Shown here one piece after another: positions 49,155-61,071 of a stretch of 64,000 nucleotides of DNA. This stretch comes from Microbotryum violaceum (Eukaryota). Each line of letters starts with the position of its first letter. Within the stretch, counting starts at the first letter, position 1. Under the pieces are notes generated by a model. That model did no database searches. It saw only the letters and a program-made list of their open reading frames with translations, and was not told the origin of the DNA. The stretch spans positions 930,001 through 994,000 of the forward strand of contig CDLV01000009.1 of NCBI GenBank assembly GCA_001244265.2, read 5' to 3'. The position numbers and the translations under genes are program-made.

Positions 49155-52100
49155 TTAAACGACCCCTATGGTCCCACCTAGGACACCCCCTACGGCTGGC
49201 GCAGCATTGTACGCCCTCATTTCGGAGATCCCGACCCCGTTTCTCGCTACCGCGGAGCCGGTGATGGTGAAGCGCAACGAACTCGTCGTCTTGCCCGCTC
49301 CGAGGTTGATTTGGGTACCGAACGGCGACAGGACGCCAACGCGGGCTGTCGAGCCATCTGAAAAGGTCAAGGTGCCGGCTAGGATCGCGTTCAGCAGATT
49401 GACGGGAGGGAACAGGACCACGGTCTTGATGAGGTAGCTCTGGGGCCAGGTGAGCTGAATCCAAGCCGGTACGGTACCAGTGCCTGTCGACCATTCTTGC
49501 GCCGCGTTGCCCGATCCATCGAGCTGGAGACCACCAATAATTCCATCGTTGGCGCCCGACGGCGGAGAGCTGGCACGGAACGACGACGCGGTCGCCGTGA
49601 CCCCGGGGAGGCGAGCGATGTTGACGTTGGACGGCTGTGCTGTGCTCAAGCCTGTGGGGGTCGTGGAGGCACTGCTGGCACTGCTGGTGCTGGTGCTGCT
49701 CGCCGACGGCGACCTCGTGGACGATTGGGGCGTGGTCGTCATCGACAGCGAAGACGCCGGGGAAGAGGCGGTGCTCGAGGCGGCGGACGAGGACAAGGAA
49801 GACGTAGAGGACGAGGAGGCGGCAGTGCTAGATGACGCCAACGAGGAAGACTTAAAGGACGAGGAGGCGGCAGTGCTTAAAGTAGAGGATGGACCCGTCG
49901 TGGTTTGCGGCGCGGTGGTGTTCGACGTATTCGTTGTGGCCGCAACAACCTGGTATTGATAGCATTCACTGCCGATACTGCCCGCGAGAGCAGTGTACGA
50001 TGCGCACACTCCTGGGACGTAATGAACCCAGGAGGCTTCAGCAATGTACATGTTGCCGGCGTTGTCGCCGAAGGGGTACACGTCGGTGTGCGTCCAACAT
50101 TCCTTGGTTCTGTGCGAGGTGGCCCGGAGGCCTACAGATCAGTAAGGGAGGCGACCGATCGGAGGGCCTCGCATAGGTACGTACAAAGCTTTCCAGTCGA
50201 AGGAAGTGCACTGCGTACGGTCGCACCTGAGACCGCACGCGTTCGCTGACAACTCGTTGGTTGAGGACTGCAAGTCGGCACTTCAGTGGATCAGTATTGG
50301 CAGTCTCGACAGACCACCCAGCATCTTCTCGATAACTCCACTTACCGCAATGCCCGCCGTTACTCGGGTACCGTTGTAGGTCGCGTAGCTGCGGAGAGAT
50401 CCAGTCGGCTGAGGAGAATAGGCTGGCGAGGGAGTCGTCGTCGTCTTGGTAGTGGTGGCGGAGGTGATCGACGTCGGAGACGTAATCGTAGTTGATGCCG
50501 TCGTCAACAACGACGAAGCTTTGGTGGAAGGGTTCGTCCCAAGCGTCGAGTTTGATACCGTCGTGTTCGCGCTAGTCGTTGAGTTCGCTAGGGTCGTGTT
50601 GGTCAAGGTCGAGTTTATTGACGTCGAATTGGCCAAAGTCGAGTTGGCGATGGTGGCATTGGGTGAACTCGAATTGGCCAAGCTGGTGTTGCCCGAAAGC
50701 GTCGAGTTCGCCAGCGTCGAGTTCGCCAGCGTCGAGTTCGCAAGCGTCAAATTCGTGCCAGCGCTCGAATTGGTGGTCAGTGTTGAGTTCACTAAAGTCG
50801 AGTTGCTCAAGGTCGAATCTGGGATTGTCAAATTGGCGGAGGTTGAATTAGATTCATTCGTGGCATTGGAGTTTGCCAGGGTCGAGTTGACCAAGGTGGA
50901 ATTGGCCAAGGTCGGGTTGGACAAAGTCGCGTTCCCCGTCGTCGTCGAGTTTGTCAAAGTAGAGTTGGCGAGAGTCGAATTGTACATGGTCGAGTTGGCT
51001 GAGCTGGCGTTACCGGCGAGCGTCGAATTGTCAAGTGTCGAATTGCCAAGCGTCGAGTTAGTGACCGCTGAATTGTACGAGGTCGAGTTGGTCAGGCTCG
51101 AATTGTCCGCAAGCGTGGAATTAGACAGCGTTGAATCGCTCATGGTCGAATTGAGGTCGAATGTCGAGTTCGTCAAAGTCAACTTGGCCGAAGTCAAATT
51201 GCCAAGCGTCGAGTTCGCCAGAGTTGAATTGTCAAGAGTTGAATTGGCAAGGGTCGAGTTGGCAAAGGTTGAGTCACTGAACGTCGAGTCACCGAAAGTG
51301 GAGTTCGAGAATGTCGAATTGCCTGCAGTCGAATATCACATTGTCAGAGCCTGTCTCAAACCAGTTTAGAACGAAGACAGCCGGCGCAGCGACATACCTA
51401 AGGTCGAGTTACCAAGCGTCGAATTGCTCAACGTTGAGTTCGCAAGTGTCGAGTTGCCAGACGTAAGCGTCGAGTTCGTCAAAGTTGAATTGGCCAGGGT
51501 CGAATTAGTCAGGCTTGCGTTTCCCGCGAGCGTCGAGTCAGTCAGAGTCGAGTTGTCGAGGGTTGAATTGGCCAGGGTCGAGTTGGTAAGGGTTGAGTCA
51601 CTGAACGTCGAATTACTGAAAGTGGAGTTCGAGAATGTCGAATTGCCTGCAGTCGAATATCACATTGTCAGAGCCTGTCTCAAACTAGTTTAGAACGAAG
51701 ACAGCCGGCGCAGCGACATACCTAAGGTCGAGTTACCAAGCGTCGAATTGCTCAACGTCGAGTTCGCTAGTGTCGAGTTGTCAAAAGTCGAGTTACTAAG
51801 CGTCGAATTCGTCAAAGTTGAATTGGCCAGGGTCGAATTAGTCAGGCTTGAGTTTCCCGCAAGCGTCGAGTCAGTCAGAGTCGAGTTGGCCACGGTTGAA
51901 TTGGCCAGGGTGGAATTAGCCAGGGTCGAATTGGCCAGGGTCGAATTAGCCAGGGTCGAATTAGCCAGGGTCGAATTGGCCAGGGTCGAGTTGGCCAGGG
52001 TTGAATTGGCAAGGGTCGAGTTGGCAAGGGTCGAGTTGGCCAGGGTCGAGTTGGTAAGGGTTGAGTTACTGAACGTCGAGTTACTGAAAGTGGAGTTCGA

Positions 52101-55100
52101 GAATGTCGAGTTGCCTGCAGTCGAATATCACATTGTCAGAGCCTGTCTCAAACTAGTTTAGAACGAAGACAGCCGACGCAGCGACATACCTAAGGTCGAG
52201 TTACCAAGCGTCGAATTGCTCAACGTCGAGTTCTCTAGTGTCGAGTTGTCAAAAGTCGAGTTACTAAGCGTCGAATTCGTCAAAGTTGAATTGGCCAGGG
52301 TCGAATTAGTCAGGCTTGCGTTTCCCGCAAGCGTCGAGTTAGTCAGAGTCGAGTTGGCCATGGTTGAATTGGCCAGGGTCGAGTTGGCCAGGGTCGAGTT
52401 GACGTTGACGGCTCCGAGCGCCGAGCTGGTCTCGACGGTGGAATTGGTCAACGTCGAGTTGGCGCTGCCGGTCGAATTCGCTGAGGTGTTGACGGGTAGG
52501 GCGCCGTAGACCATAATTTCCGCCAACCCGATGTTCGACGACGAGGGCGAGGCTTCGGTGACGGTCATGGTCAAGACCGATGCAATGATGGGTTGCGCCA
52601 GGGCGACAGAGGTAGCCGAGCCGTTGTTGGCGAGCGCGCCGAACGACACGACCGCACCAGAACTGAACGTGAGCATACCAGCCGTGACATGATCGGCGAG
52701 ATTGGGACGATCGTACAGGACGACCTCGTTGATCTCGACGTTGGAAGGCCATGTCAGCGTGAGCCAAGCACCAACGGTTTGGTCCTGGGTCGCCCACTCT
52801 TGCTGCCAGCTGCCCGAGCCGTCCTCCTTGTAGCCGCTGACCTTGCCGTCGTTGGCCTTGTCGGGTCCTTGGCCGGACGCGCTCGAGGACGCGGTCGCGA
52901 TCGCGTTCAACGCGAGGTCCACGCTGGTGTCCGTGGTCAGTGAGATGATCGCAGACGTCGAGTTGCTCGTGGTAGCCGTGTTGTTGCTCTGGACATAAGT
53001 CGTGTTGTTCATGACGAGGTCGGGGGTTTGCGACTTTGAGTAAAATACGCCCAGCTCGGCCAAGCCGACCGAATTCGACGAGGATCCAGCGCTCGTCACG
53101 GTGAAGAGCAGCGTGGTCGTGTTAACTGCCGCAGTGAGGTTGACCACGGTGGCCGAGCCATCGTCATTCAGGCTCGGAATGGTGACGGTGGTACCGTCGC
53201 TGAAGGCGACCGTGCCGCCCGTGATCCAATCGTCGGGATTGGGCCGATCGTAGAAAACGAGAGAGTCGACCATGTAGTAACTCGACCAGGTGAGGCTGAG
53301 CCATGCGCCTGTTCCTTCTCCCTGGGTCGCCCATTCGGCGGTCCAGTTCGATGGGTAGCCCGAGATGACCCCGTCATTCGCCCGGTCTGCGGTCTGCCCG
53401 CTGGCCCCGACGATGCCGAGGCGGAGGCTGTGAGAGCCAGATTCGAGTAGGCATTCGACGAACCTACGGTGCCCGAGCTCGTCGTCGTTGTCGACGTCAG
53501 CGTCGTGTTGACCGCAGTCGTACCCGACGAGCTTTGCGCTTGTGAGTAGAATACGCCCAGCTCGGCCAAGCCGACCGAATTCGACGAGGATCCAGCGCTC
53601 ATCACGGTGAAGAGCAGCGTGGTCGTGTTAACTGCCGCAGTGAGGTTGACCACGGTGGCCGAGCCATCGTCATTCAGGCTCGGAATGGTGACGGTGGTAC
53701 CGTCGCTGAAGGCGACCGTGCCGCCCGTGATCCAATCGTCGGGATTGGGCCGATCGTAGAAAACGAGAGAGTCGACCATGTAGTAACTCGACCAGGTGAG
53801 GCTGAGCCATGCGCCTGTTCCTTCTCCCTGGGTCGCCCATTCGGCGGTCCAGTTCGATGGGTAGCCCGAGATGACCCCGTCATTCGCCCGATCTGCGGTC
53901 TGCCCGCTGGCCCCCGACGATGCCGAGGCGGAGGCTGTGAGAGCAAGATTAGCGAACGCTCCTGCAGTGGTGGTCATGGTGCCGGACGTGGTATTGGAGG
54001 TGGTGTTTGATCCGGTAGGTACGCCCCCGACTTGGTTTTGCGAGTAAAAGACGGCGAGTTCAGCAAGGCCAACGGATCCCGAAGAAGGGCCCGCGCTGGT
54101 CACGGTGAACAGCAACGACGTCGTCGTGACGGCATTGGTCAGGTTGACGACCGTCGCTGAGCCATCGTTGTTGAGGCTCGGGATTGTGACGGTCGAGCCG
54201 TCGTCAAAAGTGAGCGTCCCCCCGTAATCCAATCACCGAGGTTAGGGCGATCGTAGAAGACGAGCGAATCGAGCCAAATGCTCTGAGGCCACGTCAGGTT
54301 GAGCCAAGCACCAGCGCCTTGGCCCGTGGTAGACCACTCGGCGGTCCAGTTTGCTGGGTAACCCGAGATGACGCCGTCGTTAACGCGGTCTGCCGGTTGT
54401 CCGTTCGCTTCCGAAGACGCCGTCGCCTGGGCCAGCAGCGCGAGATCCGAAAAGGCCGTCGCGCTGATGGATGTTGCGCTTTCAATGGCTCCGCCAGTGT
54501 CCTGGCACCCAGAACAAAGGTCACCGAACACCTGGATTTCGGCTAGACCGACGCTTCCAGTAGCAGCCGACACCGAAGTAAACTTGACGACCAGCGAAGT
54601 CGTGATGACGGTTTGCGACAAAGTGACGAGGGTCGCCGAGCCATCGTTGGCCAGAGCACCAAAGGAGACGCTCTTGCCATCGGCGAACGTGATCGTGCCA
54701 CCTTTGGCCCAATCGTTGACGTTGGGTCGATCGTACAAGACGATCGAGGTGACACTGTACGTGTCGTTCCAGGTGAGGGAGAACGTCGTGCCCGCTGTGC
54801 CACCGTCAGAAACCCACTCCGCCGACGAATTGCCCGGATAGCCCGAGATAATTCCGTCGATGGCTCGGCCCGGGACCTGGGTCGGGCCAGCATAGCTCGA
54901 GGCGGTAGCATTGGCGATGAGGGCGATGTTGGTACCGTTGGGCATGGTGACGGGCGACTCGGCCGATCCGGTGTACGATTGCTGCGCCAGCGCCGACGTC
55001 ACGACGTACTGTCGAGCCAGCCAATAGGACTCGCCACGGCCGGCGCTCGTGCAGTCTGAGTAAGATTGGCATTCACCCGAGTCAAAAGGCGTGTACTGGA

Positions 55101-56308
55101 AGAACGCGTTCGACTTGGCGACGAACTGTGCAGAGCCCGAGGTAAGGGTGGGAGCGAAGTTGTTGATCGGGTAGCCCATGTAGCCAGCTAAGTTGGCACT
55201 AGGTGCGGTGTTGCCGACCAGGGTCGAGGTGATCCTGGCGGTTGTAATGTGGTCGGAATGATCGCCAGCATCGTAGTCGCTCAGATAGTCGAGAGTGCGA
55301 ACGTTCTCGGCCTGGCGAGCCGTCAGGATGTCGCTGATGGCTTTCTTAAGCGTGGCAAGAGTGAAGGTCGCGCCGCCGTCAACGCTCGAGATGCTGGAAA
55401 TAGAACCAAAGTAGAGGCCACGAAGCGATTGGTAGCCGTTGGGGGCATACCCAGTCTGCAGAGCAACACGCAACGCTTTTGGTCAGCTTTCGCCTCCGAA
55501 ACGCCCTCTATGAAGACCGGCGGCGAAGCGTGAGAGCTTGAACTGACCCCATCGACGTTGCCATCCGGCAGCCGGAACCACACACGCTGTACCTGGGGTG
55601 CATCGACCAATGTGCGCACTAGCACTGGCTGCCCGCCGAACGTGGCAACGAATCTACGGCGCAGAATGAAAAGGTTTTCCGAGCGAGTCAGCAACTCTCG
55701 ACGAGGGCGTGCGCAGTTGAGCGTCTGCATCCCTGCCTTCACTCACTCTGTCCAGGTGTCGTCCACGTTAGCCATGTACGAATTTGCGGCTTCATTGCCG
55801 CTCTCACGAGCCTTTGCGTACGTCAGTCCCACGCCTAACGTGGGTTTCAGATGTTCAAGCGGCCATGGCAGCAGCGTCAGTCACGTGCGCGAGCCCGCGC
55901 AACCAGACGTCATCCCTGCAGTGGACTTACCCGAATCTCCAGAGGTGAGAAAGATGGTAGTGATACATGCTCCACTGACGACATCGGTCCACAGATCGGG
56001 AGATTGGAACAGCAGATCATCGTCGGGATGCGCGACGACGTACACGGTACCGCTGCGGAGGGTGGGGGTGGGAGGAGACGAAGAGCCGGGGCCAAGTGTC
56101 AGCGGAATGATCCAGTAACAAGGGAATAGGTTGTGCGCTGCGCTAGCTCGACTACTCACCCGACGCAACTGAAGACCGCGGCCGAGACTGCCGAGAGTTG
56201 GTAGCAGGTGAAGAGCAACACGACCGCGAGCCGAAGTAGCCTCGGAAGCGCGCCGGACGAGCGTTGGCGCGGCATCAGGTGCGCTGGGCGCAGGCGCAGG
56301 CGCATCAT
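49155..56308 (-). CDS. Large secreted modular protein: PIG-L/LmbE-family deacetylase, 6 CBM32/F5-8-like beta-sandwiches, NSTL repeat stalk, PAN/apple-like module (two 1-nt frameshifts in G runs)
   Basis: Signal peptide LLRLAVVLLFTCYQLSAVSA. VYVVAHPDDDLLFQSPDL, FLTSGDSG, ARESG, FRLPDG, DHSDH. Repeated NLAL.A.A.ASS..Q...A.DG..SGY...EW...G.W..LTW.....LYDRPN..D...GG..F.DG..L.NDGSAT..GLAE..V modules. Confidence 0.8.
50530..52490 (-). repeat. Coding 15-bp/pentapeptide repeat array (NSTL[A/S/T/G/D]) containing three near-identical 75-nt introns
   Basis: AA(C/T)TCGACCCTGGCC-type units. Introns at 51323-51397, 51647-51721 and 52115-52189. Confidence 0.93.
53038..53950 (-). repeat. Near-identical tandem duplication of one beta-sandwich domain (about 405-bp copies, 506-bp offset)
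   Basis: About 53038-53443 matches 53544-53950 almost base for base. Confidence 0.93.
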
Positions 56309-57628
56309 CGTTGTCGGGGCGCCGGTAGTGGCGCGCAAGGCTGGCTGGCAGGCGATCGACAGGCTGAGCGTTCCGAGCAATCGCATAATTGCAAGGGGCG
56401 GTAAGCACATCAGCGACCGTGTCCACCCCAACGAAGGAACATTCACCCTAATCACCTGACTACAGGTCCGGGGTATAGCACGTCCCAAGCAGCGACCTTG
56501 CGAATGTCCGATAGGGTTCGAGGGGTCGAGCAGTCGCGGCAGGGAACTGGATCGGCAGCAGAGTTCAGAGAAGGCAAGCCTGCTGGCCTTCAACCGTAAC
56601 GGCGTGTAAACGAAAGTGTAGGTTCTCGTGCGAACACGAGACGGTGTATTAGGAGCTCAAGCAATGAAGTCGAAGGAGCGCCAAGAGGGTGTATATGGCC
56701 GTGAGAGGGCGCAGTCAAAGATCGGACGAAGTTCGAATTGGTGATCCTCCATCGCCCCCGCGCAGGCGCAGCGCTATTACTGCCTCAACTCAGCTCTGAT
56801 AATAAGTTCCGTGCTGCGGTGACCAAGTTGGCCGTTGATTGCCCCGGTCATCCAGAATATCACCTGTGGAATTATAAACGTCTCCTCGCCTACAGGCAAA
56901 TAAACAAATTGTTCTAAGAATGCAGTTCTCTCTGGGCTGCCATGTGTGCCGACGACCAGGCTGGGCGAAGCAATTACCAAGCCCGGAGCTTGCCACATTC
57001 AAATCCTTTCATGAGGCCCGGGAGCCAGAGCCCGGAGCGGCGCGGGGGCGCGGGGGCGCGGGGACCGAAGTCGAGGCGCTCCTTCTTGAGACTTTCCTCT
57101 TTGGACTCGAGGGCGAAACCTAAGACAATGAAGTGCCTGCTCAGAGGATCGCTTCGGGACTTCGATGCCACCTCCTGCCGTTTGTTCTCCGAAAACATGC
57201 CATACACGGAAAGCATGTGATGAAAGTAACAAATCAACAAGAGAGCAAGAAGCTGAACTTACCTAGGCAAAGAGGGTGTTCCGATCTTTTCAGAAGGGCA
57301 CGTTGAATCAAGGCAGCAGCTGCTAGGGTGCGAATATTCACGGTAACAGGGGGATCTCTTAAGCCAAATTGAGCCACCCGCGAGCGTGCGCTGTTCAGCG
57401 CACACTCCCCGCTTCTTTGTCAACTCTTGCCTCGCATTGCCAACCACTCACCACAAGAGAATTGCCAGTCACTTCCTTCACTGCACCGCTCTCTGCATCC
57501 TACACTATCAGCTTCGCTTTTGGGACGCTCTTTACTCTCGATCTCGACCGCTTCTAGCGGCACAACCGCACCTCTACCTCACTCAGCCTCCGTCGCAATT
57601 GTCTCACCCAGCTCTGCGCTGCACCAAC

Positions 57629-58621
57629 ATGCGCTTCACATCGCTCACCTTTATCGCCACGGCTCTTCTGACCTATTCATCCGAGGTCATCGCACACGGA
57701 GTGGGAGCAAAGGCTCCCGGCTCCCTGCGCCCTCGACAGGCACAGTACGTTGATCCGTAAGTCGTCCGGACTCCGGGGCGATGATGGGTTGTTCCTGAGA
57801 CGCCGCCGCCTGCACGCCCTGGGGTGTCGTTAGGTGACGACGACGATCCGTTCCCATGCGAAAAGAATCGGAACGGGACGCCCGGAGTAGGACCATTATT
57901 TTTTCATAAATAAAGTCCGATTGACCAACTCTGGGATCCCTCTTTATGGATTGCAGTCATTACAGGGCCCGTCATCTCGCCGCACGCGCCGATGCCGGCG
58001 ACGGCGAAGTCTTGTCGGATGTGCCCGCCTCCGCAACGGCAATCGTAACGGTCTCCAACACCGCTCCAGCCGCTGCTGGACAAACCGCGGAAGCCAAGGG
58101 GTCGCTTCGCCTGGATGACAACAAGCTGCCCGACTGCTCGTCGGAAAGTGCCCTTGGTGGATCCTGCGATCCGACCACGGGATCTTGCTGGTGAGCTCGG
58201 TCGACCGGATGATCACCCCGCGTTCTGCTTCGCTGAGGCACAGTCGCCTTTAAATTGGTGATCTTCTTTAGCGGAGCTGGTTTGACTTGTCTCCAAAAGT
58301 CGTGCGCTCGTCTCTGCGGGGTAAGAAGTCTCGAGGCATACTGCGCCAACCAATCCGAATGCGACAACTCGCTGGGCTACACCTGCACCAACAACCGCTG
58401 CCGACCCCCATTAACCGCGGCCCACGTCGACAACGGTGAAGCATGTGATCAAGGTGGTGCCAACACCGCTTTTTGGTAAGTTCACTTGCCGCGATGTGTC
58501 GTGATTCCTCCGTGAAGACTGGCCTAATCGGTAACCTTGCCAAAATTCCACATTGCGCAGCATCCCGGGTCGAGGTGTCTGCATAGGGGGGACGTGCCAG
58601 CCTTGCACATTGCATACGTAA
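57629..58621 (+). CDS. Small secreted cysteine-rich protein (4 exons)
   Basis: Signal peptide MRFTSLTFIATALLTYSSEVIA. Spliced DCSSESALGGSCDPTTGSCC-GAGLTCLQKSCARLCG..YCANQSECDNSLGYTCTNNRCRP..EACDQG..FC-IPGRGVCIGGTCQPC. Confidence 0.8.
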
Positions 58622-59069
58622 TTTGTGCAACGATGTCAAGTATTTCAAGGCGTTTCGTCCCAGGTGAAGAATCATATCGTCACTAGAACATGACACATCA
58701 GTACGATCTTCCTGCCAGTCGCGCATCAGTGCACTTTTTGTCAATCCTAGACTTATGCGTGTGTCTTCATACTTTTGCTGCAATTTGACCGTCTATACAA
58801 CACACAATTTCGGCATCGACTGGTTGTGTAAGAGACTGATTCGCTTGTTTTATTTGGCCTTTCACGTACAAAGAAGTATACGAACGCTGGACGTCGGTCC
58901 CTCATGACAAAGGGATGTCACGTAGGGGACTCGGTGCCATGATTTGGAAGGAATTAATGTATTACTGATGACTACAACTACTGCAAGAACTAAATCAACA
59001 ATAATAATACAACAGCTAAAAAATTTGAGAAACTAATAGGGTTCTGACACACCGAGCCGAGCGGGCTCA

Positions 59070-61071
59070 TCATCGCTTGCGGGGTGGGGGAGGAGCACGG
59101 CGGTTCGCCTGCACTTTCGAAACGGGTGCGCCGAACTTTGCTTTATGTTCGGGGCCACTCCATACCGGAATGGCGCAATCACGTCCATCGGCAAAATATT
59201 CGAATGCAAACCAAACATCCGAGCCACAATCGGTGCCTTGTCGAAGAGCCATATTCTGCGCGAAGAGGTGAGAAAAACGCAGGTTAGGACAGGGGCTTCT
59301 GAAATCGTTCCTGACCCAGAGAGCTGCTCGCGAAGTACCTGGACATAGATTCGGGGCCAGTTTAAACGAGCGGCTTGGTTCCAAACGGGTTGCTCTTTGG
59401 CCGTGAACCTAACGCACGCCGAGCAGGAGTCGGATCGTCAGCTCCACACCTACGGGGAGGACGGAAGATCGCAGCCCGTGTTCCGGCGGGCCACCCGATC
59501 CCAAATCATGACTCACTTTTGCAGGGACGACTGTCGAATCGTCACCTTCATCGTTTCCTCTGCCCACCAGTCAATTCCTGCCGCTTTCCCGCCGTAGTAG
59601 CCGCCCTGCAAACGGTCGGAGCGGTCCAATTCGCCACCCGCGGTAGCGCCGTTAACGTAGTCAAGCCCAGGCGCAAAGGGCTCCTGAGCGGCTGAAAGCA
59701 CCAAAGTGTCGTCCGGAACACTACTGTAGATGTGGTCGAGCTTCTTCTCCAATTGCAAAAAGTTGTGCTTGACCGACGAGTCGCGGAAAGCCCCGGCATC
59801 GACCTGTGCGCAGCAAGAGTGGTGGCAGAGGTTTAGTTGATGGGCGCACGTGATCACGTCCGCCGCAACGCCCGGGAAAAAGACTTGCCCAGACAAAGTA
59901 CTCGGAGTTGTAGTAGTCTGCATCCTTGACCTGCTGGACCATCCACGGCTTCGCGGTCCACACCCCGTAAACGTCCGGCACGTGCCAATTCTTCTCAGGG
60001 TCGATCGAGTTCTGCAGCTTTGCCCATTGACGTCCGCCGAGGGTTTCAAGCGGAGGCATATCGAAAGGGTTATCGTAAGAGTCGATGATGGTAATCGGCT
60101 GCAGTGAAGGGAGCGGAGGGGAGGGAATGGGGAGGGAGGGTAAGGATGGCGCGCCAATTGGACGCTGAGCGGACATGATCAGTGAGGGGGAAACAAGTAG
60201 CACTTACTTTAGATCCTCGGAGACCCGTGATCAGAGGGCGCATCTCCGGGGCACAGTAGAACACGATAGGCAGTTCGACGTGACCGAGAAAGTTCGAGAG
60301 CCATGCGTGGTATTCTGCGTCACGAGAAAAGTTCCCAGGGGCAAGAACAGACGCGTGAGCGGACGCAAGATCGGGCGGGCAAGCGCGCGACGGGCGATTG
60401 AGGCATCTCGCGAGGGGAGCACGTGACCCACCGGAAACTCTATGTTTTTTACCGCTGTCGATGCGATAGAACGCAGAGATTAATGTTACTCGGCTCTCTG
60501 GTGCTTCATCCTCCACTACCTCGGCCGTGCCCGAGTGCGAGTGGGCCTTGGAGGCCGCGCCGGCGAACGATTGCGACGGCGCAGGGAACCTGACGAAGGC
60601 CGAGACGTCGAAGCCGGCCTTCGACCCGAGTTTTCCAACGGTTTCCAAGTAGGGCTGGGTGACGTTGCGGAGGCTCATCACACTTGACTTGCGTGATTCG
60701 GCATCAGAGTTCGTCATGGCCATGGCCAGGAAGAGCACGAATGCGACGAGCCAACCCAGCACCGCGACCGCACGAACTGAGTGGCGAGCAGACGGCGTCG
60801 AGGGGGCCGTTAGCCGGCTATACGAATCTCGCCGGTCGATGCGGTGATAGTGTGACGTGGATTCAGTCTTGGGATCTCTCAACTGGAGGCCCTGGTTCGA
60901 GCTGGGTCGCGAATCGTGCTCTTTCGAATAAGGCGACTCGGTAGAGCGAGCGGCCGTCGTCGACGTGCGTCGGTGGAAATTCGAGAGAGGGACGCTAGAG
61001 TTTCGTCGTTCCGACTCATAGGAGTCGAGTGAGCTGGGCTCATTCGAGACGAAAGGCAGCAGCTTGAACAT
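59070..61071 (-). CDS. Type II membrane putative glycosyltransferase (HtrL/YibB-like)
   Basis: One TM segment (VAVLGWLVAFVLFLAMAM). Luminal VTLISAFYRIDSGKKH..EYHAWLSNFL..PIVFY, DPEKNWH..YGVWTAKPWM..YYNSEYFVW-VDAGAFR, LQGGYYGG, KEQPV. Family assigned from remembered motif pattern. Confidence 0.65.

Noticed and set aside
51323-52189. Regularly recurring 75-bp repeats superficially like a CRISPR array
   Set aside because: They are GT-AG introns separated by long coding repeats in a eukaryotic gene. There are no unique spacers or cas genes.
50446-52509. + strand ORFs with VELAR/VELxx repeats
   Set aside because: They are the antisense shadow of the NSTLA repeat. Splice signals and domain continuity are on the - strand.
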